Source of the DNA: an uncultured virus (IMG/VR IMGVR_UViG_3300008627_000683)
Taxonomy: Duplodnaviria; Heunggongvirae; Uroviricota; Caudoviricetes
Direction: 5' to 3' (one strand)
Length of the DNA: 64,000 bases
Virus record (IMG/VR): IMGVR_UViG_3300008627_000683
Location: 1 to 64,000 of that record
The translations under genes were made by a program, and so were the position numbers. The notes beneath the pieces were generated by a model. It had not been told where the DNA came from and ran no database searches. It saw nothing but the letters and a program-made list of their open reading frames with translations. Shown piece by piece: positions 49,013-59,159 of the stretch; within the stretch, counting starts at the first letter, position 1; every line of letters starts with the position of its first letter.

Positions 49013-50452
49013 TTAGGCATTATAATCACAGTTGCTACAAGCAGAGGCACACATATTTAAATTACCACAATCACCGTAGTCGGCATTTAGAGTCTGTAGA
49101 AACCTATTCTCTGTTGTATTTGGAGTCCATGTATTTGCTATTGTGTCAAAAAATCCTGTTTTGAATACTTCTTCTATACCACCATATTTTAGAGCATTGT
49201 TAGCATCGTTTTTAAAACCAAAAGTTAATAACAATTCTCTCAGATCGTAAGTGTACTCATTTGCAATTCTTGTGTGATTATGACCCATCATACAACACGG
49301 ATAAACAAAGCCGTCTGCTGTAATAAAAACTTTAGATTCTGTTACAGCCATGCAATTTATTTTTCTATTACTGTGCTTTTTACTCGATGGTAAACCTCTC
49401 AGAACTTTATTGACATCAACGTTGTCATATTCTTCAATATTGGTCACTTTCCATAGCGAATCTTTAACCCAAATAAATTTTTCTGCTTCTTCTTCCCATG
49501 ATTTATTTTGACTAACATATTTTTCTTGTGCGATTTTTAAAAATGATGTATATTCTTTTATATTAATTTGATCAATTTGGTTATCATCTTCACTAACAAA
49601 CATATGTGCCTTATATTTTTTTGCAATATTGTATACAGGACCCTTTCCGTGTTTTTGGATAGCCTTTTTAAAAAGATCAGACAATGTTTCATTTACTTCA
49701 TAAAGCATTGCATCTAAATATGGATATGATATTTTTATATCTGTTTGTTCTTCATTATTTTTGATGTTTTCTGTTTGATCAGTTAAGTATCTGTCATAAT
49801 CTTCTAAGCCTTCCGCACCTTGAAGTTGACCAACATATTCTCCTTTACTGGTATATACTGGAGTATCTTCTGGCCTATCCGTATTGATAATTTCTATTTT
49901 TGCAAAATTATATTCTTTGGCAAGTTCTTTAACATCTTCAAATTGATGTTGATTATGTTTAAAAAGTATAAACTGTAAAATAGCATTTCCACCTGCGTCT
50001 ATAAATGCTTTTGCGTTTTCTAAAACTTTTTTAAGATTTGTGTTTTGTCTATAATAAGAATGTACTTCTTGCGTTGTGCCATCTACTGCAAACCATATTT
50101 TCATATTTTTATACTTTGCAAAATTTGCCCAATAATCAGTACTATGCATTCCGCCGTTGGTATTAATTTCAATTATAATATCATTATTACAGGAATAAAG
50201 ATAATCTACCATTTGAGGTAGATTAGGATTTACTTGGGCGTCTCCAACATTTCCACAAAATATAACACGTTCTAAGTTGGATACCAGTTTTGATGTTAAT
50301 AAAAATTTAAACTCATCTAGCGACATGTGTTTTTGATAGGTGCCTGCTAGTTCTCCATATCCATAATATGCTCTACTACAGGCAGGGCATGCCGCGTTAC
50401 ACTTTTCGGTTATTTCAATTTGTACACTAGTAATATCTTTATATCTATACAT
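49013..50452 (-). CDS. radical SAM protein with C-terminal SPASM
   Basis: CNAACPAC, CGNVGD, NTNGG, FAVDG; DG.VYPCC; C...C. Confidence 0.85.
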   Translation of the reverse strand: MYRYKDITSVQIEITEKCNAACPACSRAYYGYGELAGTYQKHMSLDEFKFLLTSKLVSNLERVIFCGNVGDAQVNPNLPQMVDYLYSCNNDIIIEINTNGGMHSTDYWANFAKYKNMKIWFAVDGTTQEVHSYYRQNTNLKKVLENAKAFIDAGGNAILQFILFKHNQHQFEDVKELAKEYNFAKIEIINTDRPEDTPVYTSKGEYVGQLQGAEGLEDYDRYLTDQTENIKNNEEQTDIKISYPYLDAMLYEVNETLSDLFKKAIQKHGKGPVYNIAKKYKAHMFVSEDDNQIDQINIKEYTSFLKIAQEKYVSQNKSWEEEAEKFIWVKDSLWKVTNIEEYDNVDVNKVLRGLPSSKKHSNRKINCMAVTESKVFITADGFVYPCCMMGHNHTRIANEYTYDLRELLLTFGFKNDANNALKYGGIEEVFKTGFFDTIANTWTPNTTENRFLQTLNADYGDCGNLNMCASACSNCDYNA

Positions 50453-51131
50453 CCAAATTATAATATTGAGCAACGCGTCTGTTCCATTCGTTAGCTGCGT
50501 TCTCAAACTCCTTGCCTTCGATAACAAACTCTTGATAATTTAAGTCTTTAGAGCACATTAACACAACCCCGGTTTTAATGTCTGTACCAAACATTTCATT
50601 GTGTGCTTGTGCGTATGCGGCTAACTGGCAAAAATAGTTGCTAATCCATTCTTTTTTCTTAGGTTTATTAGTTTGCTTAAAGTCAAGTATTGCTAAGTTA
50701 CCTTTCCAAAGTCCTACACAATCTGTTGTGCCTGCGTATAATCCTTCATAGTATAGCGAGACTTCTGTACCATATATTTCGCTAACTTTCCTAAGTCCTT
50801 CGGCAATAATAACATTTGACATGTTGTATGCTTTTTGGTGTATGACATTACTGCCAACTTTGCGTTCATGGCTCTCAATATATAATTCTAAATTTTTATG
50901 CATTAGTGTGCCGACATTTGCGGCTTCTGTACTAATTTGCTGTGCTTGCGTTTCGCCAACACGCTTTTTCCAGTTTGCTAATGCTTCTCTTTCTTGTTGG
51001 GATTTAGTCGCGTCTAATATAGTTGTAACGCTAGGAACTGCTGATCCATCAGGTAATTGATACTTGCGTTTTCTATCTATAGTCGTAACACGTTTTAATT
51101 CGTTGTAATCGTATTTTTCCAGTAATATCAT
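50445..51131 (-). CDS. PD-(D/E)XK exonuclease
   Basis: PSVTTIL, GT.MH...E, YAGTTD, DFKQ, Y..QL.AYA. Confidence 0.88.
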   Translation of the reverse strand: MILLEKYDYNELKRVTTIDRKRKYQLPDGSAVPSVTTILDATKSQQEREALANWKKRVGETQAQQISTEAANVGTLMHKNLELYIESHERKVGSNVIHQKAYNMSNVIIAEGLRKVSEIYGTEVSLYYEGLYAGTTDCVGLWKGNLAILDFKQTNKPKKKEWISNYFCQLAAYAQAHNEMFGTDIKTGVVLMCSKDLNYQEFVIEGKEFENAANEWNRRVAQYYNLDV

Positions 51132-51137
51132 GTATAT

Positions 51138-51166
51138 ATTATAATTGATTTAAATTTAGATGTCAA
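51138..51166 (-). promoter_or_regulatory. consensus sigma70 promoter (leaderless geometry)
   Basis: TTGACA-17-TATAAT, ATG (51131) begins 7 nt after the -10 box. Confidence 0.75.
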
Positions 51167-51179
51167 GATTTATTCCGCA

Positions 51180-53060
51180 TTAACCTATACGTCTGGCTGG
51201 ATTATTCACCGTAAAAGAAGTATTACCAACTGTGACACTTACTGCTGGCTCATACCCATCACCTGGTTTTGGAAAACGGTAGTGTCCACGATTGCCATTG
51301 TTAAATCCTGTAAATACACCAGTATCTCCGCCCACAATAACAGTTGTTTTGGCATATTTGGAAGGCAACACTACAACAAGCTTATTATCTTTTTCAGATT
51401 TTGGTTTCCAAACTGCTCCAGCTCCCAAAGCACTGAATGAATGAATCCCTATAAAAGTTGTAATAGATCCGCCGTTGCCGCCGTCCTTGTCGCCGACTGA
51501 AGCCCAAGCACTTGCTTTATCATGATTCAAAGTAATATTACCGGCAGTAACTGTCACTGACGATAACTTACTAGTGACTGGCCAACTAGATACATTGTGA
51601 TGTAACCAAGATGCACCGACCATACCACTTGATTGTGATGATGTTGTCGATCCGCCCGGTGCAGGCCAAGTAACTTTAATTAAGTTAGATCTTTCGTTAA
51701 CATTTCTTTCGCTTCCCCGCGCTAAACCAGATACCATAAAATAGAGTGTTTCTCCTGTGCTTGGAGACCAAGACGCCAATGGCGGCTGTTTTATATGGTC
51801 ACCATTTACGGCTTTTCGTGATTTAGTTACTTGTCCCGGGCGCATCCATTCCCACGTGGCTGCATACCAATGGCCACTTAAATTAACAAATACCCATGGA
51901 TTTGCGGCGACCGGTACACCATTAATAGTGACAGTGCCTCCGACGGGGATCTCGTCTATCAACGAGCCACCAGTTAACAGTTTTCCTGTTGGACTAAATG
52001 TTGTTACGTTAGATACATCTTGGACTGTGCCATCTCCACTGTTTATAATGCCAGGCACTCTTGCGAAATCATTATCTACTTCCGTACGGAATAAACCAAT
52101 TCCTGATAATTGTCCCATTGAATTATCAATGTTTCCTGCCATAGTATTGATTAAACCCATTACTGCGTTAAGGGCACCATTCGTATCGCCTGGATCTGCA
52201 AAGTCGTATGATCCGCCGCTTATATCTGTATTTAAATCTTCATACAGGTAATTCTCTGTTCCCATTGCTTGGCCGGCAGGTCTCATTACTACTTGTCCAT
52301 TTCCTTTATCACCTAAGCCAAAAAAGTTTATCTTTGTTTGTGGGTGTATTGGCTCAGTTAATCCTTCGACTGGCGCAAGGACTCCACTAGTACTTTGTGT
52401 TAAAGCTTCGCCTGACCTTTCTTTAGGCCCCACTGGCCCCATTTGGTCAGGTTTGCCTATAACTAGTGTATCATCTATTATTGAGATATGATCTAATATC
52501 GTATTATTCCAATTAATTACCCATTTAATAGGTTCAGTTACTCTTGCATCAAACCAATTTCCAGGATGTATTTGGTATCCTAGTTTTCGAAAATGAGTAA
52601 GAACAGCATTAATTTGTTTGTGTCTTTGGAAAATCTGTGGTTCTTTTTCTTTTATAGCGGCCATAAGTTCTGGCATTGTCATATCTTGGGCATCAGGAAT
52701 CTCCATAATGGAAGTGAAAGGATCACCTGTCCATGCCGCGCCATATTGAAATATTTCTTCAAGTAAAAACCAATGGCCATATGTATACTTGCCAGCCATC
52801 ACTGGGCCAGTATCTACTACTGCCCTAACATTTCCTGCTTCTGACGATGTTTTAAGAACTTGATTAATGAACTGTACTTCTTGCTTTACAGATGCATCGC
52901 CTAATATTGTTCTACTGCGTAACGTAGTCGCAGGCGGTGTTTCAGTATTATCTCCAGTAGTACCTACAGCCGGATCATATGTATACCGTATAGTTGTAGG
53001 AGTTCCATACGCTCCGGTTGAGACTTCATCAGTATCATCAGTATTATTATCGTCAGTCAT
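51180..53060 (-). CDS. putative virion structural protein
   Basis: 626 aa, G/T/V-rich beta-type C-terminus; TATAAATA 5 nt upstream. Confidence 0.55.
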   Translation of the reverse strand: MTDDNNTDDTDEVSTGAYGTPTTIRYTYDPAVGTTGDNTETPPATTLRSRTILGDASVKQEVQFINQVLKTSSEAGNVRAVVDTGPVMAGKYTYGHWFLLEEIFQYGAAWTGDPFTSIMEIPDAQDMTMPELMAAIKEKEPQIFQRHKQINAVLTHFRKLGYQIHPGNWFDARVTEPIKWVINWNNTILDHISIIDDTLVIGKPDQMGPVGPKERSGEALTQSTSGVLAPVEGLTEPIHPQTKINFFGLGDKGNGQVVMRPAGQAMGTENYLYEDLNTDISGGSYDFADPGDTNGALNAVMGLINTMAGNIDNSMGQLSGIGLFRTEVDNDFARVPGIINSGDGTVQDVSNVTTFSPTGKLLTGGSLIDEIPVGGTVTINGVPVAANPWVFVNLSGHWYAATWEWMRPGQVTKSRKAVNGDHIKQPPLASWSPSTGETLYFMVSGLARGSERNVNERSNLIKVTWPAPGGSTTSSQSSGMVGASWLHHNVSSWPVTSKLSSVTVTAGNITLNHDKASAWASVGDKDGGNGGSITTFIGIHSFSALGAGAVWKPKSEKDNKLVVVLPSKYAKTTVIVGGDTGVFTGFNNGNRGHYRFPKPGDGYEPAVSVTVGNTSFTVNNPARRIG

Positions 53061-53068
53061 AATAATAT

Positions 53069-53620
53069 TTATAATAGTTTTAGTTTTGTAAGATACAACT
53101 GTAAATCTTTATCATTAACACCTTTAACAGTGCTAGCTGCCTTATGTAAAGCTACTCCAGAATTATCTCCTCGTTTTTTATATTGTATATAATACTTTGC
53201 CGCCAACTTATATGCCTTATTTTTTATTGCTGTCATTAGTTTACCTTCATCAAGTTCCAATTCAGCATATTTGTTATTCATTACCGCAGGCTTTAATTTA
53301 AACCCTGGGTCTGGTATAATTATTTCATATTTGTCTGTAGTTTTTGTTGATGTTTCTTTAGGCATACCATCTTTTTTTAATTGTTGAAAACTGTTTTTAC
53401 TTAATTGTTTTACCCAATTTTTTTGTTTCTTACCTTTGGGATTAGTCCAAATCAATTGAAATATTTTCTTTTTAGTAGCTCCAGCTCCCAGGCGATACTC
53501 TCTTTCTTCTCCTTCATCAAGTCCATGCCATTCTTTAAATGTTTTAACACCCATTGCGTTTTGCACAGTTCTAAACAGTGTTAAAGCATCTTTACTATTA
53601 GCAAATTCGAAAAGTCTCAT
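53069..53620 (-). CDS. hypothetical, putative capsid-internal protein
   Basis: MRLFEF start coupled to upstream stop; two LDE|G sites. Confidence 0.6.
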   Translation of the reverse strand: MRLFEFANSKDALTLFRTVQNAMGVKTFKEWHGLDEGEEREYRLGAGATKKKIFQLIWTNPKGKKQKNWVKQLSKNSFQQLKKDGMPKETSTKTTDKYEIIIPDPGFKLKPAVMNNKYAELELDEGKLMTAIKNKAYKLAAKYYIQYKKRGDNSGVALHKAASTVKGVNDKDLQLYLTKLKLL

Positions 53621-53985
53621 TACCAAGAAATTTCCCAATAAAATGTATCATTTGTTGTGGTGTTTTTCTTTCTAACAATTGTGTACTTTTTATTGGTAAA
53701 ATGACTCATTACTTCTGACATTTGTTCAGATCGTAGTGTGCTTTCTGTATTACCTTTCCATACACTATAAAACGCTTCACCTGTTGCGTCATCATTTGTC
53801 ATTGGGCTACCTGTAACTACTGTGCCATTAATAGTAACTGTGGTTGTATCAGTTGCCGTTGTTGACAAAGCGTTACTAGCAACAGCGGCTAATACACGTA
53901 ATTCTAGTATTAATATTTCTTGAGCAATTAACTGATTATCTTGTCCGCGATCTCTTGCGTGGGATGCCGTTGGAAAATATGCCAT
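53620..53985 (-). CDS. putative structural protein
   Basis: 121 aa ending F.W.ISW. Confidence 0.6.
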   Translation of the reverse strand: MAYFPTASHARDRGQDNQLIAQEILILELRVLAAVASNALSTTATDTTTVTINGTVVTGSPMTNDDATGEAFYSVWKGNTESTLRSEQMSEVMSHFTNKKYTIVRKKNTTTNDTFYWEISW

Positions 53986-53988
53986 AAT

Positions 53989-54369
53989 TTATGTTCTCTT
54001 CTTCAATGCTCTTTTAGCCATACTGTCAACTTTGTTTTGACTTGGCTCATCAATATTTGCTTCATCCGAAACATCTACTTCTAATTCTTCTTCTGTGTTT
54101 AATGTAATGAAATCTTTATCGAAGTTTTTAATTAAATTTTGGACTCCGGGGTCCATATCATAAATTTGTTTAAAACCATCAAAATCTATAACATGCCCTA
54201 AGTTTCTCATAGTATGAACTAATTCTACAAAACTTATTTCATTATCACCTATTTCTGCTGAATTATCTGCACTTTTAAGTTCGTGATTTAATACGGTAAT
54301 CAACGCTTCGACCATGTCGTCGTCTACAGGTCCTTGCTCCGTCAAATTTAAAATTTCAGCAAATCGCAT
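53989..54369 (-). CDS. hypothetical, putative head protein
   Basis: MRFAEILNLTE start; V.SMAKRA C-terminus. Confidence 0.6.
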   Translation of the reverse strand: MRFAEILNLTEQGPVDDDMVEALITVLNHELKSADNSAEIGDNEISFVELVHTMRNLGHVIDFDGFKQIYDMDPGVQNLIKNFDKDFITLNTEEELEVDVSDEANIDEPSQNKVDSMAKRALKKRT

Positions 54370-54370
54370 A

Positions 54371-55519
54371 TTACTCGCGCTCTTCTCTTCCTTCTGGCTC
54401 TTCTGCGCCAGCCGCTACATCAGCAGTTGAAAACTCTTCTTCACCTGGAATTTCTTCACCTGGAATTTCTTCAACATCAGCACCCATTTGCTCTACAGGT
54501 TGTTCTTCACCTGTAATGATTCTGCTTGCTTGTGCTAATGTTTCACGTCCTTGTCCATTTGTATCAACCAAATTGTCTAATGTAGGAAGGGCAATGTTAG
54601 CATATGCTTCGCTCATCTCGGAGCCTAATTCATCACGCATTGCATCTAACAATGGTGGTAAATCTTCGTTGCGTAGTTTGCTTAAATCATCAACTGCTTT
54701 TTGTACTCTATCTACAACATCTTTAGATGCTAGTAGTAGTTCTGCTTGGTCTTCTTGACTTTCGTACAATGCGCGTAATCTTTCTGAAATCTCTACCTCT
54801 GTTGATTCTAAGCCAAGTTGTTTCTTTGCTCTTTTATCAATATTTTTTAGTAGTTGCACATTAGCCATGCCTGATCGCATAATGTCATCTAAAATATTAA
54901 TTAGAGGAAGGAATGTTTTAACATATATAGCAGGAACAGACTTGCCATTCATAGCCATTTCAATAGCAGTTTTCGCTCGCACCATGTTTTGACCGCCAAC
55001 TAGAATACGAAGTGCTTGCATACCTTTAGGATCAAATGTATATCTGTCGTCTTTCTCTTTCTTTTCTGAAATTTCTTCTTCATTTACATCTTCCGGACAA
55101 GGTTTCTTTTTCTTCATCTTACCTGCCGCTTCTTTTACTTTTGCTTTCTTTTTGCCTGGTCTTGCTTTCTTTTTGCCTGGTCCTGCACCAAATCCAGCAT
55201 CGGCAGTACTGCCTTGGTTTGGAATTTTTTCTGCATCTGCGGCCTTTTCATTTTCAGGACTAAATTCTAACAACTCTTCAATATGCTTTTCTAAATTTTC
55301 TTTAATAAAGATCTTTGCTAGATATGATTTTGAGTTATGCAAATTGTGCCTATCTTCTGATAAGCGTTGCTTTTTAATCTCTTCATTTACTGTTAGGAGT
55401 AATTTTTGTGTATGATCTAGGTCCAATTTAGTAATGTCTACCTTTACACCAAAGGCATTTTGGACACTATTGCTTAATTCTCCTGCTGTTTGTGTTGTAT
55501 TTAAATCTGTTAAATTCAT
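54371..55519 (-). CDS. putative prohead core/scaffold-like protein
   Basis: helical, Glu-rich, many (L/I/V)xE sites, EEIPG repeat. Confidence 0.45.
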   Translation of the reverse strand: MNLTDLNTTQTAGELSNSVQNAFGVKVDITKLDLDHTQKLLLTVNEEIKKQRLSEDRHNLHNSKSYLAKIFIKENLEKHIEELLEFSPENEKAADAEKIPNQGSTADAGFGAGPGKKKARPGKKKAKVKEAAGKMKKKKPCPEDVNEEEISEKKEKDDRYTFDPKGMQALRILVGGQNMVRAKTAIEMAMNGKSVPAIYVKTFLPLINILDDIMRSGMANVQLLKNIDKRAKKQLGLESTEVEISERLRALYESQEDQAELLLASKDVVDRVQKAVDDLSKLRNEDLPPLLDAMRDELGSEMSEAYANIALPTLDNLVDTNGQGRETLAQASRIITGEEQPVEQMGADVEEIPGEEIPGEEEFSTADVAAGAEEPEGREERE

Positions 55520-55564
55520 AATATGTTTCCAAATCTGTAATATAAAATAAGTTATTCGTATTTA

Positions 55565-56044
55565 TTAAAAAACGCAATTATAATATAGTTGCGTTAAGTT
55601 GTCTTTTGCCTCTTGGGCATTCCAAACGTAGGTTTTAACTCTAGATTCTATAAAATCTACTTTAAACCAATCGCTTTCTTCAGCATAATACTTAATTTTT
55701 TCTTTGGATATTAATAATTTTTCAACTGCATTGCCATATTTTATATCGCTCTCGAGTACTTGCTTATATTTTACTTGATCACCATTATTATGAAAAACAG
55801 CCAGCATAATAGCAGCCTTTTTTGTGTATATATTTTTCTCGATAATTGAATAACCTTTGTTATATCCTTTCTTAAGAACATATCCATTTTGTGTTTTTCT
55901 AATTCGAATATCGCCTACTTTTATGCCTTTATTAAGTTTTTTAATTTTTAAATAATGTAATCTTCCATGCTTTTCTAACTTCTCCATCATGTCGTCATAC
56001 ATGTCCGAAAAAGTCGCATCGATTTTTTTCTTAGATTGGTTCAT
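55565..56044 (-). CDS. hypothetical protein
   Basis: 159 aa; TAAATA 5 nt upstream. Confidence 0.65.
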   Translation of the reverse strand: MNQSKKKIDATFSDMYDDMMEKLEKHGRLHYLKIKKLNKGIKVGDIRIRKTQNGYVLKKGYNKGYSIIEKNIYTKKAAIMLAVFHNNGDQVKYKQVLESDIKYGNAVEKLLISKEKIKYYAEESDWFKVDFIESRVKTYVWNAQEAKDNLTQLYYNCVF

Positions 56045-56080
56045 ACTAATATTTAACCGTATACGGTTGTTTAAAAAATA

Positions 56081-56917
56081 TTATTGGTCAGCAATCATGT
56101 TAACAATTGTTTTACCACGATTACCAACTTGATTGTACCACTTACTATTTTGTAGTTCTTTTGCGGCAGTTTTCCAATCACCTTTTTCGGCCGCCGCGGA
56201 AAATTTTGGCCATGTCTTGTGCCAATTTGGACCCATATTATAAGCCAAATCAACCATCGCTTGTTTGCGTCTTTGGTCCGCTAAATTATAACCAGGTGTT
56301 GTTCTTGCACCCTTTACATGATGCTCAAAGTCTTTGTCAAACATTTCGTCTGCTTGTTGGTCTGTAATGCCTTTGGAAAAGTCTTCGCCAGGCTTAACTA
56401 AGTGTCCATAACCAATTGTGTCCTTGCCAACTGTGTCTTTATAAACTTTTAAGCGTTTGCCTTCGTGATGCTTAATCATACTCTTAAGAGCATTTACATC
56501 ACCAAATTCTTTGTCATATGGATCTTGTTCGATTGTTTGTGTTATTTGTGTTTTTGTTTGTAGATCAGGCTGTGGTGTATTTTGATCAATTGAATGTATG
56601 CCACTTGCCGCCAATGCTCCAGCGGCCGCAACACTGGCCGCAGTTTTTTTGAGATCTTCGTTCAATATATCTTTATATAATGACACTTTTATTTGAGACT
56701 CATCTAGTTTAAAGTTGCGTATATACGCTATCTTACCTTCAACTTTTACACGTTTAAGAATATCCTTCTTAACTAAGCCATCAGCAATCCACTGCTCATG
56801 CTCATTTAGATCTCTTTTAAATACTCTCTTATCAGTGTATTTTAACAGATAATCACTCTCTTGTAAATTAACGTAAACTAAACTTACATTTGGATTCTGT
56901 ATTTGTGCAAATCTCAT
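56081..56917 (-). CDS. GH24 (T4-type) lysozyme with N-terminal extension
   Basis: HEG.RL.VY.DT.G..TIGYGH (E/D/T triad), D.AYNMG, A.EL..SKWY.QV..R. Confidence 0.9.
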   Translation of the reverse strand: MRFAQIQNPNVSLVYVNLQESDYLLKYTDKRVFKRDLNEHEQWIADGLVKKDILKRVKVEGKIAYIRNFKLDESQIKVSLYKDILNEDLKKTAASVAAAGALAASGIHSIDQNTPQPDLQTKTQITQTIEQDPYDKEFGDVNALKSMIKHHEGKRLKVYKDTVGKDTIGYGHLVKPGEDFSKGITDQQADEMFDKDFEHHVKGARTTPGYNLADQRRKQAMVDLAYNMGPNWHKTWPKFSAAAEKGDWKTAAKELQNSKWYNQVGNRGKTIVNMIADQ

Positions 56918-56926
56918 TTCTTTTTC

Positions 56927-57379
56927 CTAATTTATTTTGTTCAACTCATACTGCACCATGTCGCCTTGGTCTTCAACGTATGCGTTATAGCCTAACTGTC
57001 TAGCAAACTTTTGTACCATTCTAGAATAAAGGTTTGTTCTGCTTGGGTTGTCGCCTATATCTCCTTTTTCACCGGAAAAAAATATCATTTCGGGACTACG
57101 TTCTTTAATAAACTTTTTTATAGCGTGTAAAACTGTAGCAAATATTTTATAAGCATCGCCTTCACCTGATACATCTTGACTATGATTTCTATGAAACTCT
57201 ACTTGATATTCCCCGTTCCCTTCATGATTGAACATAATAAGCAGTGGTGTGTCGTCAGGTAAGTTGGCAAATGCTCGCATGCCGCCATGGGGGCCCGGGC
57301 CCTGGAAGCCATCCGTTTCACCTGTCCATGATAGAGGATAAGGTTGGTCAAATGTTTCAAACAGTTCTGCTATTTTCAT
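56927..57379 (-). CDS. hypothetical, putative capsid-internal protein
   Basis: MKIAELFET start; GEGDA.KIFATV...SR..LY.RMV motif. Confidence 0.6.
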   Translation of the reverse strand: MKIAELFETFDQPYPLSWTGETDGFQGPGPHGGMRAFANLPDDTPLLIMFNHEGNGEYQVEFHRNHSQDVSGEGDAYKIFATVLHAIKKFIKERSPEMIFFSGEKGDIGDNPSRTNLYSRMVQKFARQLGYNAYVEDQGDMVQYELNKIN

Positions 57380-57909
57380 TTCTTACCGCCTTTCATGTTA
57401 AAGTTCTCGCTTAGGTATTCGTCTAGAGCATCTTCACCAGTTGGACTAATTGCCCAAGCACCATCGCCACCATAAATTAAACCTGAGCCATCTAGTTCAT
57501 CATATAATCTGCTCATAGCAGGTGTAAGACTGTGTGAATCTTCTTCAAAGTCCATACCTAATTCGTCTGCTGTGGCTATTGCTTTTAACAATAGCATGCC
57601 GCCGTGTCCTTTATTACGAAACTCTGGGAATATTTCTGCAAAGTTACGCACATTATCTTCGTTGCGTGTATGTGTATATTGTCCTGCGTGTTTACCGTCT
57701 ACGTATAAATCTACAGTAAAACCATTTTTTTGTTTGGTTACGCGAAACTGCTTACCGTCAACAAAGCTTTCGTTTGTAAGTAATTTTGGCTTTCCGCTAC
57801 CAAGTCCTAACTTTTTAACATTAGCATATTCGCTTCCAATTGGAGCGTCTTTTGTGGCATTTTGTTTTGTAATAATGCCTACTGCTTCAGTTAATTCTGC
57901 AATTTTCAT
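57376..57909 (-). CDS. GNAT-fold acetyltransferase-like protein
   Basis: PEFRNKGHG..LL acetyl-CoA motif A; MKIAELTEA start; TATAAATA 4 nt upstream. Confidence 0.6.
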   Translation of the reverse strand: MKIAELTEAVGIITKQNATKDAPIGSEYANVKKLGLGSGKPKLLTNESFVDGKQFRVTKQKNGFTVDLYVDGKHAGQYTHTRNEDNVRNFAEIFPEFRNKGHGGMLLLKAIATADELGMDFEEDSHSLTPAMSRLYDELDGSGLIYGGDGAWAISPTGEDALDEYLSENFNMKGGKK

Positions 57910-57916
57910 ACTGTAT

Positions 57917-58507
57917 TTATAGGTTATTGTTAGCTAACCAAGCAGTATATATACTCCGATAATAACTTTCTATCTCAATAACATCTAACAACTTTCCATT
58001 AACTATATCTTCTAGTTTAATAATATTATCAGTGTGCTGTTTAATTAGGTGAGAGAAATGTATATACATTTCTGCATATTGTTTTATAGTTGTAGCGTCA
58101 CATACTTGGGTCATTTCTTCCCACGTGTGGGGGCGATGTAACTGTTTAAATCGCTCTGCGGCCCACATTGCTATGTCAAAGTCATCGACAGTAATACCTA
58201 TGAAGTCGTGTTTTCGTTCAATATGGTAGGCCAAATCATGACTTGGAATACTACCATAATATTTTGCAATTTCTATTAGGTAATGATCTTTCTCACTATT
58301 ATTTTTAAATAAATGGGGTTTTTTAAGTCTACTACGATCTTTTGATAACCTGATTCTATTAGAATCAGACCTGATTCTATTAGAATCAGACCTGATATCA
58401 GACCTGATTCTATTCTTATTAATTTTGCCATTGCATGAATCATATAGCATAGTAATAAGATCACCGCATGATCCGCCCATGTAAACTATAAGGAATAAGT
58501 CTTTCAT
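57917..58507 (-). CDS. hypothetical (sulfotransferase/P-loop-like) protein
   Basis: Y.GGSCGD.I N-terminus, SH, I.LEDI; probable start MKDLF at 58507. Confidence 0.45.
   Translation of the reverse strand: MKDLFLIVYMGGSCGDLITMLYDSCNGKINKNRIRSDIRSDSNRIRSDSNRIRLSKDRSRLKKPHLFKNNSEKDHYLIEIAKYYGSIPSHDLAYHIERKHDFIGITVDDFDIAMWAAERFKQLHRPHTWEEMTQVCDATTIKQYAEMYIHFSHLIKQHTDNIIKLEDIVNGKLLDVIEIESYYRSIYTAWLANNNL
58348..58414. repeat. tandem palindromic 21-bp repeats
   Basis: ACCTGATTCTATTAGAATCAG x2, ACCTGATATCAG, ACCTGATTCTATT. Confidence 0.9.
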
Positions 58508-58643
58508 TAATTGATTTATGATTGGGTGTGGCGTTTTGTTTTGTAACGAGTTCTGCTTTACCTTTACTATACTGCTCGTCATACCATTTACGTAAATTTT
58601 CTAGAATACGTAAATCTTCTGTAAGTAATTCGTTTATTAACAT
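58461..58643 (-). CDS. short hypothetical protein, possibly truncated
   Basis: MLINELLTED start like its neighbours; overlaps next gene by 47 nt. Confidence 0.45.
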   Translation of the reverse strand: MLINELLTEDLRILENLRKWYDEQYSKGKAELVTKQNATPNHKSINERLIPYSLHGRIMR

Positions 58644-58652
58644 TATTTTTTC

Positions 58653-59159
58653 TTATTTATTGGTCAGACTAACACTTTCTACATTTAATGAAATATCACG
58701 TCTATCTAATTTATTAATTTCTCTAGACTTTTCTCCGATTCCTCTTTCTTGTGCAAAACTAATCTTGGGCGTGCCATCTTGGTTGACGTCATCAATATAA
58801 TAATTTGCTATGAGAAACTCCTTGGTACTGGGATTGTCCGCACTAGGATCTTGTGTCGCGACTACGCGAGAAGGACTTTTAGATACTACAAACCAAAGCT
58901 CTGCCACGTCTGTTAATTTTGGTATTACCGTAAACTGTTGGCCCGGCACCATACCGCGCACTATTTGTTTTTGTTCCGCTTCCGACTTTTTCTTCATTAA
59001 AGTGGGGCCATTGGGATTATCTAGATCAATACGTTTATCTCTAAGATCTATACTAGTCTCTGTACTATCACCCGCATTAGAAGCCAGCGGCAAGGTTGTG
59101 CCTCGAACAGGTCCAGAAATTTGATATACTGCTTCTGTAAATAATTCTTCTAGCTTCAT
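58653..59159 (-). CDS. hypothetical, putative capsid-internal protein
   Basis: MKLEELFTEA start, ATGA coupling. Confidence 0.6.
   Translation of the reverse strand: MKLEELFTEAVYQISGPVRGTTLPLASNAGDSTETSIDLRDKRIDLDNPNGPTLMKKKSEAEQKQIVRGMVPGQQFTVIPKLTDVAELWFVVSKSPSRVVATQDPSADNPSTKEFLIANYYIDDVNQDGTPKISFAQERGIGEKSREINKLDRRDISLNVESVSLTNK

Noticed and set aside
50445..51131. Cas4 of a CRISPR system
   Set aside because: Lacks the four-Cys Fe-S motif and there is no array; typical phage exonuclease
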